From Felis catus (taxonomy: Eukaryota): a stretch of 64,000 bases of DNA. Numbering within the stretch: position 1 is the first letter of the stretch; each line of letters begins with the position of its first letter. A program made the position numbers and the translations under genes. The notes under the pieces were generated by a model. That model worked only from the letters and a program-made list of their open reading frames with translations, searched no databases and had not been told where the DNA came from. Shown in pieces: positions 50,079 to 61,810 of the stretch. The stretch spans positions 60,080,001 to 60,144,000 of the forward strand of contig NC_058382.1 of assembly GCF_018350175.1 (NCBI RefSeq), in the 5' to 3' direction.

Positions 50079-53000
50079 GTGAGTGTGCATCTGCTGTCAC
50101 TTACTGCCCGCTTGCCGTGCGCGTCACCAGACCTCGCGTCGCGCTGCGCCGGGCCGGCCCGGGAGCGAGAGGGTGGTGCAGCGTTAACTTTGGGGAAGTG
50201 CCGGCTTTACCCTTGCCGGCCGCAGACATCCTGAAGGACGTGGACCCTTGGCAGTGGGGCTCTGGGCTGCATTTGGTTCTTTGTGGGAGTTGATGTAGCT
50301 GTTTGTAGATGGAACTGCACCGGCTGTTGATCGTTGTTAATTTCCACGAACGTTGTGGATGCTGGGTTCGTGCAGTCGCTGTGTGTTAGAACGAGCTCGG
50401 TTTTGTTCTTGTGTGGCCAAATGCCAGTCACCACCTTCCCAAGTATCTCTGACGAAAGTGTAACTGCACAGTCACTGAGAACCTGATACAAATTGTCTTT
50501 ACAAAGGAGAGTGCTCCTGCTGTGAGGGTTGGAGGGCGTGATTTGCTTTCTAGATCGAGTCTAAATTCCTGGTGGATTTGGGGATGGATATTTTCACGTC
50601 CTTTTGAAGAATTTGTATTAAAGAGACCTTTATAACCTTTGAATAATTACGGGAGAGAGTCTGAAGAATCTTCCTTTTCTTTGAAACGTGACTTACGAGC
50701 CACAGACCTCGAGCTCGATTCGTGTCGAGATGGTACGTGCTGTTCTCGAAACCAGCCGTGTTCTCCCCTTCTGAAACACCTGTGTGCGTTCCCGTCGTCA
50801 GTGGCGATGGCCCGGTGTCTGCCGTGCATGGGGCATGAGGACGTGTGTCCCTGGAATCAGAAGCAGGAGGACAGCGGCACCCCCCGGGTTTCATCTGAAA
50901 CCCTCCGAACGCCTGGGGAGAAGTGCACAGACCTTAAGTTCAGTCACTTGTTTAGATCGGAGTGCCTCGGTTTTCGGTTTCGTCTTGAAACCTGCGCGTG
51001 AGGTTTTCATCAGAGTCTTGAAGCGCCAAAAAGCCGAAGCGTTGCAGGGTTACCGAACGGTCCCCAGTTGTTGCCTCTGAGCCCTGTCTCGGAGATCGGG
51101 TTGCTGGTCAGGCCCGTACAGGTCGGTTCTCAGCAGGTTTGTGCCGCATGTTTCTCTCGGTCGGGCACGAGATGTCCTGTCTGGGTGGGAGAGGACGGGT
51201 CGTCATGTGTAGTTTATCTCCGGTTTTGACAACTTCGTGGTTTGTGTTTATACTGGGAGTGAAATTTCATCCTAATGAAAATGTTGCTGAACTTTGTAAT
51301 TCGTGAGAAAGGAAAGTATGTTACATTTGATATCCTCCTCGTTCCCGTCTCTATTCCTGAGCAGGATTCCAGGAGATTTGAGAAATAATCAGGTTTTTGT
51401 AGCACGTGAGTACCGTGCCGGTGTATGATTGTAGAGCGCACGTCCCCAACACCCCGTGAGAGCGGAGAGCCCAGCCTCTGTGGACGAGACGGCAGGTGCT
51501 GCTTTTAGCTCAGGAAAGGCTCCCGTGGTGGCCGTCAGAAGAGCCCCTCTCGGAAGAGTCCGCAGACCGGAGACTTGTGTGCACAGTTACCAAGTGCTGC
51601 CTCACAGGAGTCGGCCGTCGCGCCCGGGCCTGTCCTCCGCGAGCAGCCGTCCTTTCCCCTGCGTTCGACCGTCGGGCGCCCTCCCTGCTTCTTAGCTCCC
51701 TGCTTCTTCGCCAGCGCCCTGCCAAGTCCCCACGGCTGCCATCGCGATCGCCGTCTGTGTCGCGCATAACGGTCTGTGAACCGTCCGATTCTGTTTGCCT
51801 GTGGAATCCCATGCTGCCTTCCCACCTCGGCCTGACTCTCACTGTCCGTCGTGTTCGCGGGCCTCCGGTGACCCACACGCCTTGGGGGCAGGCAGGGGCA
51901 ACACTGGTGGCGGCCGGAGGAGTTTCAGGGTCCGTCACCTTGGTTCTTTTCTGAAGGAGACTCTGCTCTCTGACGGAAGCGAGCAGCGTGTGTGTTCACG
52001 TGAGGTGAGGTGAGCCGCGTGTGTTCGTGTAAAGCTGCCTTTTTCTGTCACGTCCGCCAGCTGCTCCTTTCTTGTTTGCCGTTTGTGGAAATTCCTTTCT
52101 GTTACTTTATCACTTGGCCGGGTCTTGTTCGTACTGAGTTACCCTGCTTGTGACCACTTCGTTTTTTAACTTCCCCAAAAACTTGAACAGAGAATGATGT
52201 TTCACAAGACACAGAAGAAGCCTCCACTCGCCTCGAGGTCGCTGACAGGGTGACCTAGAAGTGTGGCCGCGTCGCAGGCGGGAGCGTCCGTGGTTCACTC
52301 TCTCGCCCTCGCCCCCACGGCCCGTCGGCTCTGTCTCTTTGTGCACCGGCCTCCCCCGCCCGCAGGAGGACAGTGCCGGGGCGCGGTGGCTCCTTCCCCT
52401 CCAGACGTGGCCTCCCCAGTTGCCGCGTGATGGAGCCTTTTCCCGGCCTGGCGCGGGCGTTGGCGTTTGGTTTATCGAAGATCGGCCGGTTCCGGTTGTA
52501 GGCAGCAGAGGTGTTGAAAGGCCATCTCTGCTCTGCAGAGAGAAGAGCCTCCCTAAATTCCAGAAGCCCCCCGAAGAAAGTCACGTGTTCTTGTTGTTCT
52601 GGAGTTCACAGACCCACCGCCGGTCTCATTAGCTTCGTGTTCGGTTCTTACTCGGTAGTTCTGTCTGTCACTGGGAATCATTATGCGGCAACGCCCCAGA
52701 TCCTTCCAGAGCAGCCGAGAGTCAGTCAGGGGCCAGAGCCCACACCGCCCGGCCCTCTCATTCCACTTGCTTCCTGACCGGGACCGCCGAGCCCCTCCCC
52801 ATCCTGCTCCTGTGGGGCCGTGGTTGTCCTTGGTTTCGTGGATGGGACGGAGGGACACGTGTGCTGTGCTTTGCTGCCGCCGGTGGGCCCGTGAGGCCAC
52901 GTCCAGAGTGAGGGCTGGCACCTTTGTCGTGGCCTCTCGGGTCGGTTGCCCTGCGTTCGCACGGCCCCGGGCTGTGGGTCTGCCAGTGCCGCCACAGACA

Positions 53001-56000
53001 GTGCCGTCTGTGCTCTTCGGGCTACACGGGGCGAGATCCCAGTCCTGTCCTGTGTGGGGCCCCCTGGGCTTCAGACCTCATGTGGCCACGGGGTCACGTG
53101 AGAGTGCGCCTGGCGCTTTAGAGACACGGGCTTAGGGCGCTTGTGTCGTCCCCCAAGTGTGGGAGAGAAGGGTCAGAGGAAGGACAGCTGACTTGCAGCC
53201 CGGCGGAGAACCACAGGTTTAGTTGGAAGCCGCATTCCGGGGGACGGTCACGGCCGAGAGCAGGTTCCGGGCGGCCCCAGGCCAGGTGGCATGTTCACGT
53301 TTCCTATTCTCTTCCCGGCCGTTCCTGGCTACGTGCGATGACCACTTCCTAATCCTTCCTGATCTATTTTGGGGGGAAGCTAGATGGCCAGGTTTGTTGA
53401 GGTTGAAATTAAAATGCAGCCGTTTATTCTGGTCACGGGCTCTGGGCGAGGGCGCCTTCCGGGAGTGCGACGGAGGAGCCTCAGCGCTTGTGGCCCTGTT
53501 TCCGGTGCTCCCTGGTGTTCAGAGAGGCACTTGGTTGGGCTGGTTCCTGCTGTGCTGATGTGTGTCGTCCCCAGTCTGAGCACAGGGCCCGTGGGGGTGC
53601 AGGTGACTTCTTGTACTGTTCCCGGCTCAGTGAGCGCTTCGGGGCTAACCTCTCCTGCTGTGGGAACGGAGGGCCGTGAACTTGGAACGGTGAAGCGCCG
53701 GGAGTGCCCGCGTGGTACTTGGAACCGTGGGATTTGTTTGAGAGGGTGGGCCTCGTGTAGCAGATCAGATCGGGAGCAGAGAAATGTGGAATTCTCAGGA
53801 GGAGGCCGGAGCCAGTCCTGCCCCGTAGCGATTCACAGGATGCCAGCTGGATGTGTGGATGAAGCACGGGTAAAAGTGTGAGGCGCGTGAAGTGATCTCG
53901 TGCTTAAGGGATTTCAGTCTCCTGAGTTAGCGGTTGGTATGACGGGAGGAGTTTTAATTCCGTGTGGATTTTCAGAAGATTCTGAAAAGGGAAAACAGTT
54001 CTCAAGGACTAAGAGCCCTAGGGTTGCCGTCTGCGGTGGGGTGGAGGAGACGATTGGGATGCATTGTAAAAGAGAAACAAACGATGGCCTTCCTCAGGTC
54101 CTGGGAGCTTTTTCACGGAGTGACGTGCTCACGCAGGCGGACCCTTGCTGCCTCAGGGAGGCGCTCTTGGTGCGGTGGTCGTGCCCACCCGCGCTGGGCC
54201 TCTGCTCCGGGTCCTTCCCGCTCGTCGGGCCCGTCCTTCCTCGCTCGCTGCGGCGGGTGGGCGGCCAGGGCACGTGGTGGAGCAGATGCCGGCCCGCGGG
54301 CCACGCGCCCGTGTCCACGGTGAGAACGTGGTTCTGCCCCGCGGCTCTCGCCGTCTCCCTCGTGCGCACGCACGGTCGGAGTGGGCTCGCAGAATGACAG
54401 TGGCCTCACTGCGTGCTGATTGCTTTCACGCTTTTTATTCTGTCCTGTTCTTTCTGTTTTTTTTTTTTTTTAATCTTTTTTGAAGATTGGTTGTGATGGG
54501 ACACGTTAACTCGACTTTGTGACCGCAGTTTGAACAGGACCAGAATCAATGACCGCTGATGTCACTTTAAGAGCTAAGATGTTCTGAGTTGTAAGTTCTA
54601 AGATCTAAAGTTCTAAGATGTTGTCATTAAGTAATTTTTAAAACATTTACGATTACATAGCGTTTACGTCGTGGACATTAACACATCTTTCTTTTCATGT
54701 CTTGATAAAAGATAATTAGATAAAGCAGTGCATAGAAAGCTTATGCTTTTTTTTTTTTAGGGTCTCAGTTAAGTTTAAGAAAAACGATTGTGAATACTTG
54801 AACTCCAAACTCTTTTTCAGCATACTTCTGAAGCCATCTCATCTACTTCAGGAAAATTGGGATACTCTTGGTACTTGAGCATTAAAATGAAATCTTCCCG
54901 AAGGAGTCGGGAGTTGCCTTTCGTCGTCCAGGAGCCTCCACCTCCAGTGCCGTGTCACCTGGCTGCCCCTGTCGCTGGGTCTCTAGGCCTTTTGCTGCTC
55001 ACGCGCGGGTGGTGTGTCCTCACCGTGACTGGGGGCTCCCGGGGAGGGGCGTGGAAGAGCTCCTCCTGCCGAGGAAGCAGGGCGGGGTCTGGGAGAGGGG
55101 CAGCCCTGTCCTGGAGGGGCAGTCGCAGCTGGTCTGTGCCGGAAGGCCCGGCTGGGAGCGGCGGTGGGGGTCAGGCCGGCCTCTGCCAGCGACAGGGGCC
55201 CCCGGCCCCGCAGCTCCTTCTGGACGTAACGTGCCTGAATCTCCTACTTGCTCTTGGTCGGAGAAAACTGGTGGTTGTGGGGCACCCCCCACCCCGGGTC
55301 GGCCCTGTGGCGCTGTCTAGGAGAAGAGGGCAGTTCTGGCAGAGAACAACCTGTCGTTTTGTCAGTTTGTCGTGTGTGTATGAGAGAGAGAGAGACAGAC
55401 AGACAGACATTATTCGGAAAGCCGTGTACTTAAGCATTAGTTAATTAGGAGATACTCTGTTTCTTGTTATTATTAATGCCACGAATGAGCCTTTTAAAGA
55501 AAGAGTAGCTGAACCTGATCAGTGAAAAGCAATTTAACTTAGAAATTTAGTTGTTCAAAACGAATAAAAATTGTTTCTTACAGAAATGCCGCACGGGGTT
55601 TGGTCCTCTTAGGGAACCCTCGGCAAGTAGAAGGTGAGGTGGCACGAGGCACTGTGTTTGTGTGACCGAAAATCCCAGGTGGGGACCACGGTGCTGCCGA
55701 CACAGGAGCTGGGGAGGAAGTGGCTGAGAAAACCCCCAGGCCCGTCTTTAGCAGCAGAGTCCCTTGTAGAGTGAACCTCTCGGTCAAGGCAGCCTTTTTT
55801 ACGAGCGCCAGCGAGCCTTGCTTCTGTCCCTGCCCCAGGAAGCTGAGCCCGGCAGGCGTTAACGAGACGGCCCTGGAACACGTAGGCCGGTCGCAGTGGC
55901 CACGGCGTGGTGTCCGGCTCGGGCCGAACTCCTGCTTTGTCGGCCTTGCCCCTCCATGCATGGGAGGGGCTTGTAACGTTGTGTAGACGTTTTAACCTTG

Positions 56001-59000
56001 GCGAGACATTTAAAAAAATACTTTCAGATGAGTAACACAGGATTCGAGTTTGGCCCGGTTTTGTGCATTAGTTAAGAATGATGCGGTTGAAAATGTTTTA
56101 GGAGTCACTCTTAAATTCTAAGAAGATTGTGCCTCGGTGTCTGTCCTTTCGCCGTAACTTGTCCTGGCACAGGCAGTAAATTCCAGACTTTTGTCGCATG
56201 GCTGTCTGCGTTTCATCGTCCAGGAGCCTCATTACCTCCAGAGATGTGTCAGCCTGTTTTGTCCCGCTCCTCGTGATGCCGGCTCTTGTCTGGGGCAGGG
56301 CGAGGCCGTGCGGGCTCGGGACTCAGGAGGACGACGCTGATCTTGAGGAGAAGGGACGTTCCCTTTCCACACCGCTGCCCTTCCCGTGAGCAGACCTTCC
56401 GGGAAGCAGAGGGGCCTGTGGCCAAGAGTGTTGTTTGGCTTTCTGACTTTGAGGCAGACGTCCCAAGGTGCCTCGTAGATGTGGACTTGAAACTTTTCAG
56501 GTTTGAATGCGAACCTCACAAGTGGGGCCTGCCATAAACAGTCCCCATGAAGTCCAACAGGTCGATGTTCACCCTTGGATTCCAGGGACCCTAAGCTCGA
56601 TAGGGGAGCTCAAGAAGGTGCTTGATTACCTGTCGTCTGCTGGGAGAGCTTTTTTGAGTATGGGGTGGGGGGGGAACAGGCCAAGTTCCTGTTGGAGGAG
56701 GGGTGGTGAGGACACCCAGAGCCTGCCTGGGGTTGCTCCGTCCGGCCGTGCCCTCACACCACCTCGCCTGCGGGACAGGCAGACCCGGCTCTGTGCGGGG
56801 ACGTCGTCTGTGCATTGTAGAGTCTGGTAGAAGCTGTGGTGTGCGCCCTCTGTCCTGTCACCCGTCGTCAGAGCCCCACGATAAGCCCCCTGCGGCTGCG
56901 AGTCAGAGTTTGGCCCTAGCGAGACATGCTCACGGTTCAGATCCCAGCTCCTCCTGAGCTTGTCCTGGACAGAAGACTCCAGTGCGTGGTGCTTTCTGGT
57001 CTGAGATCCCAAGTGGGAACAGTGAAGGCGCCTTCCAGCCCATCCCAGACTCCCACCTTCCCAGATAAAACACTGTCAGATCTGTGTTACGTCCACAGAG
57101 GACTTATGCTCGGTTCACAGCTTTCGGGCACCAGCGTCCTGAGTACGTGGTGCTTCATGAACTTAATGCTGGTGTTTTGTGTCCTTCACAGTAATAGACC
57201 GAAGCGTTGAGGGTGAATTCTGCTGTCTCTTTATATGGCTAGGACTATGTAAGATGCCGTCTGACTTTGACTCCAGTGAGTAGTGTCCCCAGATGCTGGC
57301 AGAAGGGAACCTGGGACTTGAGGGGGGCTGACGGGCGGTACCTGTGGCCGGGCCCAGATGTGATCGTGGCTTGCCCCCACCTCAGAAATCACACACAGCA
57401 CAAACACTTGGCTCTGAATTTGTTCCAACGGTTTTTAAATTTGAATGGTGAGTATTGGATAAAACCGTTGCCGAGTCTTTGTCGGGAATATTTGGATGCT
57501 CAGGGTTCAGGTAGCAACAGGTACGTGCTCTGGTTCTGATCGATTTATGTGATTGAAGCCTGGGCCAACTCACGGTAGTTTTCCAGCTCTTCCAATCAGT
57601 TGGAAGGACAACTAAAAAACTGTACCCAGTTTAAGAGATTGCAGTGCGGTTGTAGAATTAGACGTGGGAGTACAGACTCCGTGCAGAGAGGTTCAGTTTG
57701 AGTCGTGCAGGGAAGAAGCGGCCGAAGACAGAGGGCGTTTGTTCTGAAAATGTTGTCAGTGTCAGATTTGTTTCCGCGAAACGAGTTGTGATTTGAAAGT
57801 GTCAGGTATGGATGCCTGTGGCAAGCGGGACAGATGGTGGTGGTGTAGGAATACGAGCCCGCGTGGCGGACCCCCCTCTGCTGTGGGTGTTGGGTGCCGT
57901 CAGAGTGGGAGGCCGGCCGGCTTGGGTGCCATAGCAGAGGTGGGTGTGCTCTGAGGTCGCTCGCTCACTCGAGTCGTCAAGCTTCCCGCCATGTGACTTC
58001 ATACCAAGACTGGACATCGCCTGTGACTCATTATGTTGCTAAACCGAAAATGCTTTATTTTCCCCTCTTAACTTCTCTGAAGTTGTTTTCTTGGGAGGTT
58101 AGATTACATCAGGCATAGGAAATGTGTTGTTTCAATTAGAGCATATTGTAATTCTGCTCAAATTGAGAACATTCTTTAGGAGAGCAATGGGGTCCCTTGC
58201 CTGCCAAGCATTTCGGTTACGTTAACGAGGATGTAAATCTTGTCTCTTGGGTTTCCTCGCGTAATTAAGGCAGAGTCAACTGGGATAAAGGCAGTTAAAT
58301 ATAGGCAGGGTGCTTTTCAGTTAGTATACGTACCGCTTTTGAGACATGTACTTGGTGACGATCGCTTGAGAATTTTAAGTTGCCAGTGGAACAGAGTCAG
58401 TGGTTCATCTCACTTCGTCATGGAAGTGCGGATGATGGTTGGACAGGAAGGTGCTTGTATTCCTGCAGATCGCAGACATTGACTGGCGTTGGCACGGCAG
58501 TTACAGGAGAGTCTTGGTCTAAATCTGCCAGAATTAGAACCAGTCGGGAGTGAGTCGTGATTCAGTTGCCTGAAAGCACAAACAAGCAGAAATCCGTACG
58601 TCTGGGTGACTGCGTGCATGCGTGCATCTATTGTATTTTAAACTATTTGACGCTGGTTGCGGGTGCCGAAAACCTGAGAGTAGAAGCGTAGGCAGGAGGA
58701 CTTCCCCGTGCGAGGAGTTGAACCGTCACTCTTGATTCAGTCACCTCTTGCTCTACAACAAACGGCCTCAGACCTCGGGGCTGACGACCACGGCTGGTCG
58801 TTACCTTCATGACTCTGGCTTCGCTGGGTTCTGCACCGGGTACCATCCCTGGGGTCCTGGGGTCTGAGGAGGGCGCCCTGTTGAGGGTGTGCTCCTGGGG
58901 CCGGAGCTGGCCTGGCCCCTGGCCGGCGGCTCGGGCCCCACGGCATGCTGGCAGGGTTCCGAGAGGAGAAGTCATCAGCATTTGAGGACTGAGGCCATTG

Positions 59001-59582
59001 ACCCTGCTCTCCTTGGTGGTCGGTGTGGAATGTCCGTGCCGTGATCGTGGGCTGGGAAGGATAAGCTGTGAGGTTGCCTGCAAAGAGGATCACGGCGTCT
59101 CTCGGCAGCCATTCTGTGCCCAGGGTGGCTGGACTCTGAGCCCCTTAAAGGCGGGGCCCATGTTGTAACAGGGAGGGACCCTGCCCACGTGCACAGTAGG
59201 CCTGTGGGAAGCGTGGGCTGCGGGGGCAGCACTGAGTTATGAGCACCTGAATGTTTCTGTGGAGACGTTTATTGGGTGAATCACGCAACATGCTGACGCC
59301 CCCAGAAATGACCCTGCCTGTTTAGGCTGATGGGTTGGGGGTTAGTCTGTCAACACCAGTGTCATGACCTCGGGCAGACAGAAGCCCACTCGTGTGGGGT
59401 AAATCCACACTGAGAAAGTTTGTGTGATTTGTGAAGGTGTACTCTGTTGGGGCAGCTTGGCTGAGGATAAAAGTTGAGTGCATTTTTGTAATTATACGTT
59501 GTGAAACACTTATTCAGCTGTTGAGATAGTCTTACATTTTTTTTCTGCGTTAAAAAAAATTTAGATTAAAGAAATTTTTTGC

Positions 59583-59788
59583 GGGGGTTGCCTGGGTGGC
59601 TCAGTTGGTTGAGTGTCCGACTTCGGCTCGGGTCATGATCTCATAGTCCGTGAGTTTGAGCCCCACGTCGGGCTCTGTGCTGACAGCTCAGAACCTGGAG
59701 CCTCCTTTGGACTCTGTGTCTCCCTCTCTCTGCCCCTCCCCCACTCATGCTCTGTCTCCCTCTGTCTGTCAAAAATAAACATAAAAAA
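59583..59788 (+). mobile_element. CanSINE, left arm of an abutting inverted pair
   Basis: gggggttgcctgggtggctcag head to aaaataaacataaaaaa tail. Confidence 0.92.
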
Positions 59789-59966
59789 TTTTTTTTGAGA
59801 GAGACAGAGTGCGAGCAGAGAGGCGGCAGAGAGAGGGGGAGACACAGAATCTGAAGCAGGATCCAGGCTCTGAGCTGTCAGCATAGAGCCCGACATGGGG
59901 CTCAAACCCACGAGCTGTGAGACTGACCTGAAGTCTGATGCTTAACCGACAGCCACCCAGCAACCC
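59789..59966 (-). mobile_element. CanSINE, right arm of an abutting inverted pair
   Basis: T8 immediately after the left arm's A tail, then body, ending agccacccagcaaccc. Confidence 0.92.
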
Positions 59967-61619
59967 TAAAAAATAATAGCTTTTGACTTTGTTTCTGAGA
60001 CATTTTTTTTATTCTACTCATCTTGTTTCTTTGGGAGTTTAAGAAAACAAAGCAAAGGCCTAAACATGTATTCATGTGACTAGAAATAATGCTCCAGAAG
60101 GAGCGTGTTTGTGGGTAATTGGCCACCGCTGCTCGCTGATCTCAGATTCTTCTTGGAGCACCACGTCTGCGGCTCCTCTCTGCTTACTGGGTTCTTCAGC
60201 ACCCAAAGACAGGCACCCGTTCCTGAGAGGGCACTGGTGCCTCTTTGCTTGTAGTTAATGTTAAGTTGTTATTAAAGACCAACACACAACCAAGAACCAG
60301 AAGTTAGTGGTCACTGACCTTGAATGTACCATAGCAAGGTTCCCCATCGTATGCGGATCACCTTTAGAAAGCTGGCCGTGCCTTGCCATCCAGAGCGCCA
60401 TAAGGAGCGAGCCGTCTGCCTGCAGTGACTCAGGCACCCTTTCTGGAGCTGGACGCGTGTTTTCTCCTGTATCAGAACCTCTCTCGCAGCACGCCTGGTG
60501 AGGAGACGAGATTGCACTCAGGAGCTGGGTGAGTGTTAACGCGTGCCTCACACACGGGGTAGGAGACCCTGGCCCCTCCCGCACTGTGCAGGGAGGGGGG
60601 CCAGGGGTGGCTCTCGTGGCTCCTGGAGCCCCATCCCGGCCCCGTTCTCCAGAACACCGTGAGCACCACCAGGGCGACACGACTCCCGTCCCCTCCACCT
60701 CCACGCGCTCTCGTGCGATTGTTGATTTTCTTGAGCTGTGTTCTCATCTGTGCCCTCTCTGCCCTTTCTGGCCCTGCCGAAGTGACGGCTCTTCGAACTT
60801 CTGTTGGGGCCGAGACGACTTGAGCTGTGGAAACGTACGCGGAAACTAAGGGGCAGACGCACGGGGGCCGTTTCTGGTTATGTGGGCGTTGGGTGGGCGC
60901 TTGGGCGCGGGGCAGAGCTGTGGAGCTGCGCGGTGTCGCTTCCTGAGGCAGGCTGCACGTACAGCTTAGGATTCGGATCCAGCAGGTTTGGATTTAGGAA
61001 GATTGAAATACTCCCTTGGGACCCAAAAGTCTGCTGCTAGGCAAAATCCTATGTGTTGAGACACTCAGACCTGGGTCAGTTATGTCTCTACACGTGGGAG
61101 ATCTTCAGCCACGTGGGGAATCTTTAAAGGCTTGGCCTTTGGTCACGTTGCTTAGACCACGCATCACAGAACGGTTAGCGCCGTGTCAACTGTGTGTCGG
61201 GATACCGGGTTTTGTTTTTCTGATAGTTGTAGTTGACGTCCTCAGATGCGCGTGAAAGCGTTTATAGACGTGTATAAGCTGACCGGCCTCAGTTCCCTTG
61301 CACACCTGGAGAATTCTGTGTTCTCTGCGATGACGAACACACCACACACACACTTCCTTTATACGAAAGCGAAGCGCGTCAGTAGCCTGGGCTCCTCTCG
61401 CTGCGTATTTGTGACGTCACTTTACCGACATCCAGCGGCAGGCGGACGCTCTTCAAACTCTGCACCTCTCTTGGCTTTGTTGGCGTGTGTATTCCTCCTT
61501 ATACTTGAGAAGTGAATTTCCGTAGCTTTCAGAATTTTTTCTGCGAGACGAGGCCTTCTCAACCCAGCCGGAGAAGAGATGGGAAGTATTCAACATTTTA
61601 CGTGGCGTAACTTTTTTTG

Positions 61620-61810
61620 CGGAGTGGGTGAGGAGAAGTGTGTATGTGTTGATCGTATTTGGCGTAGGTGCAGGTGTGTGCGCAAAAGGCGCATAGCAGA
61701 TGTGTGTGAAGGTGGGCACACGGGAGGTGTGCAGGTGTATGCGCAGTAGGTGTGTGTGCAGAAGGTGTGCGCGCAGTGGGTGTGCGTGTGATGCTTTCCC
61801 GTGTAGCGGT
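61620..61810. repeat. GT-rich low-complexity degenerate tandem region
   Basis: Recurring aggtgtg / gtgtgtgc / gcgcagt units. Confidence 0.6.

Noticed and set aside
54570..54625. Imperfect repeats of gttctaagat
   Set aside because: Only two or three degenerate short units in an AT-rich patch; consistent with ordinary slippage.
3981..59963. Recurring short ORFs such as MISQFVS...PEPASDSVSPSLSAPP
   Set aside because: These are translations of CanSINE copies, not a gene family.
3923..59966. tRNA-like A/B box sequences
   Set aside because: They are heads of tRNA-derived SINEs; no complete tRNA cloverleaf gene was seen.
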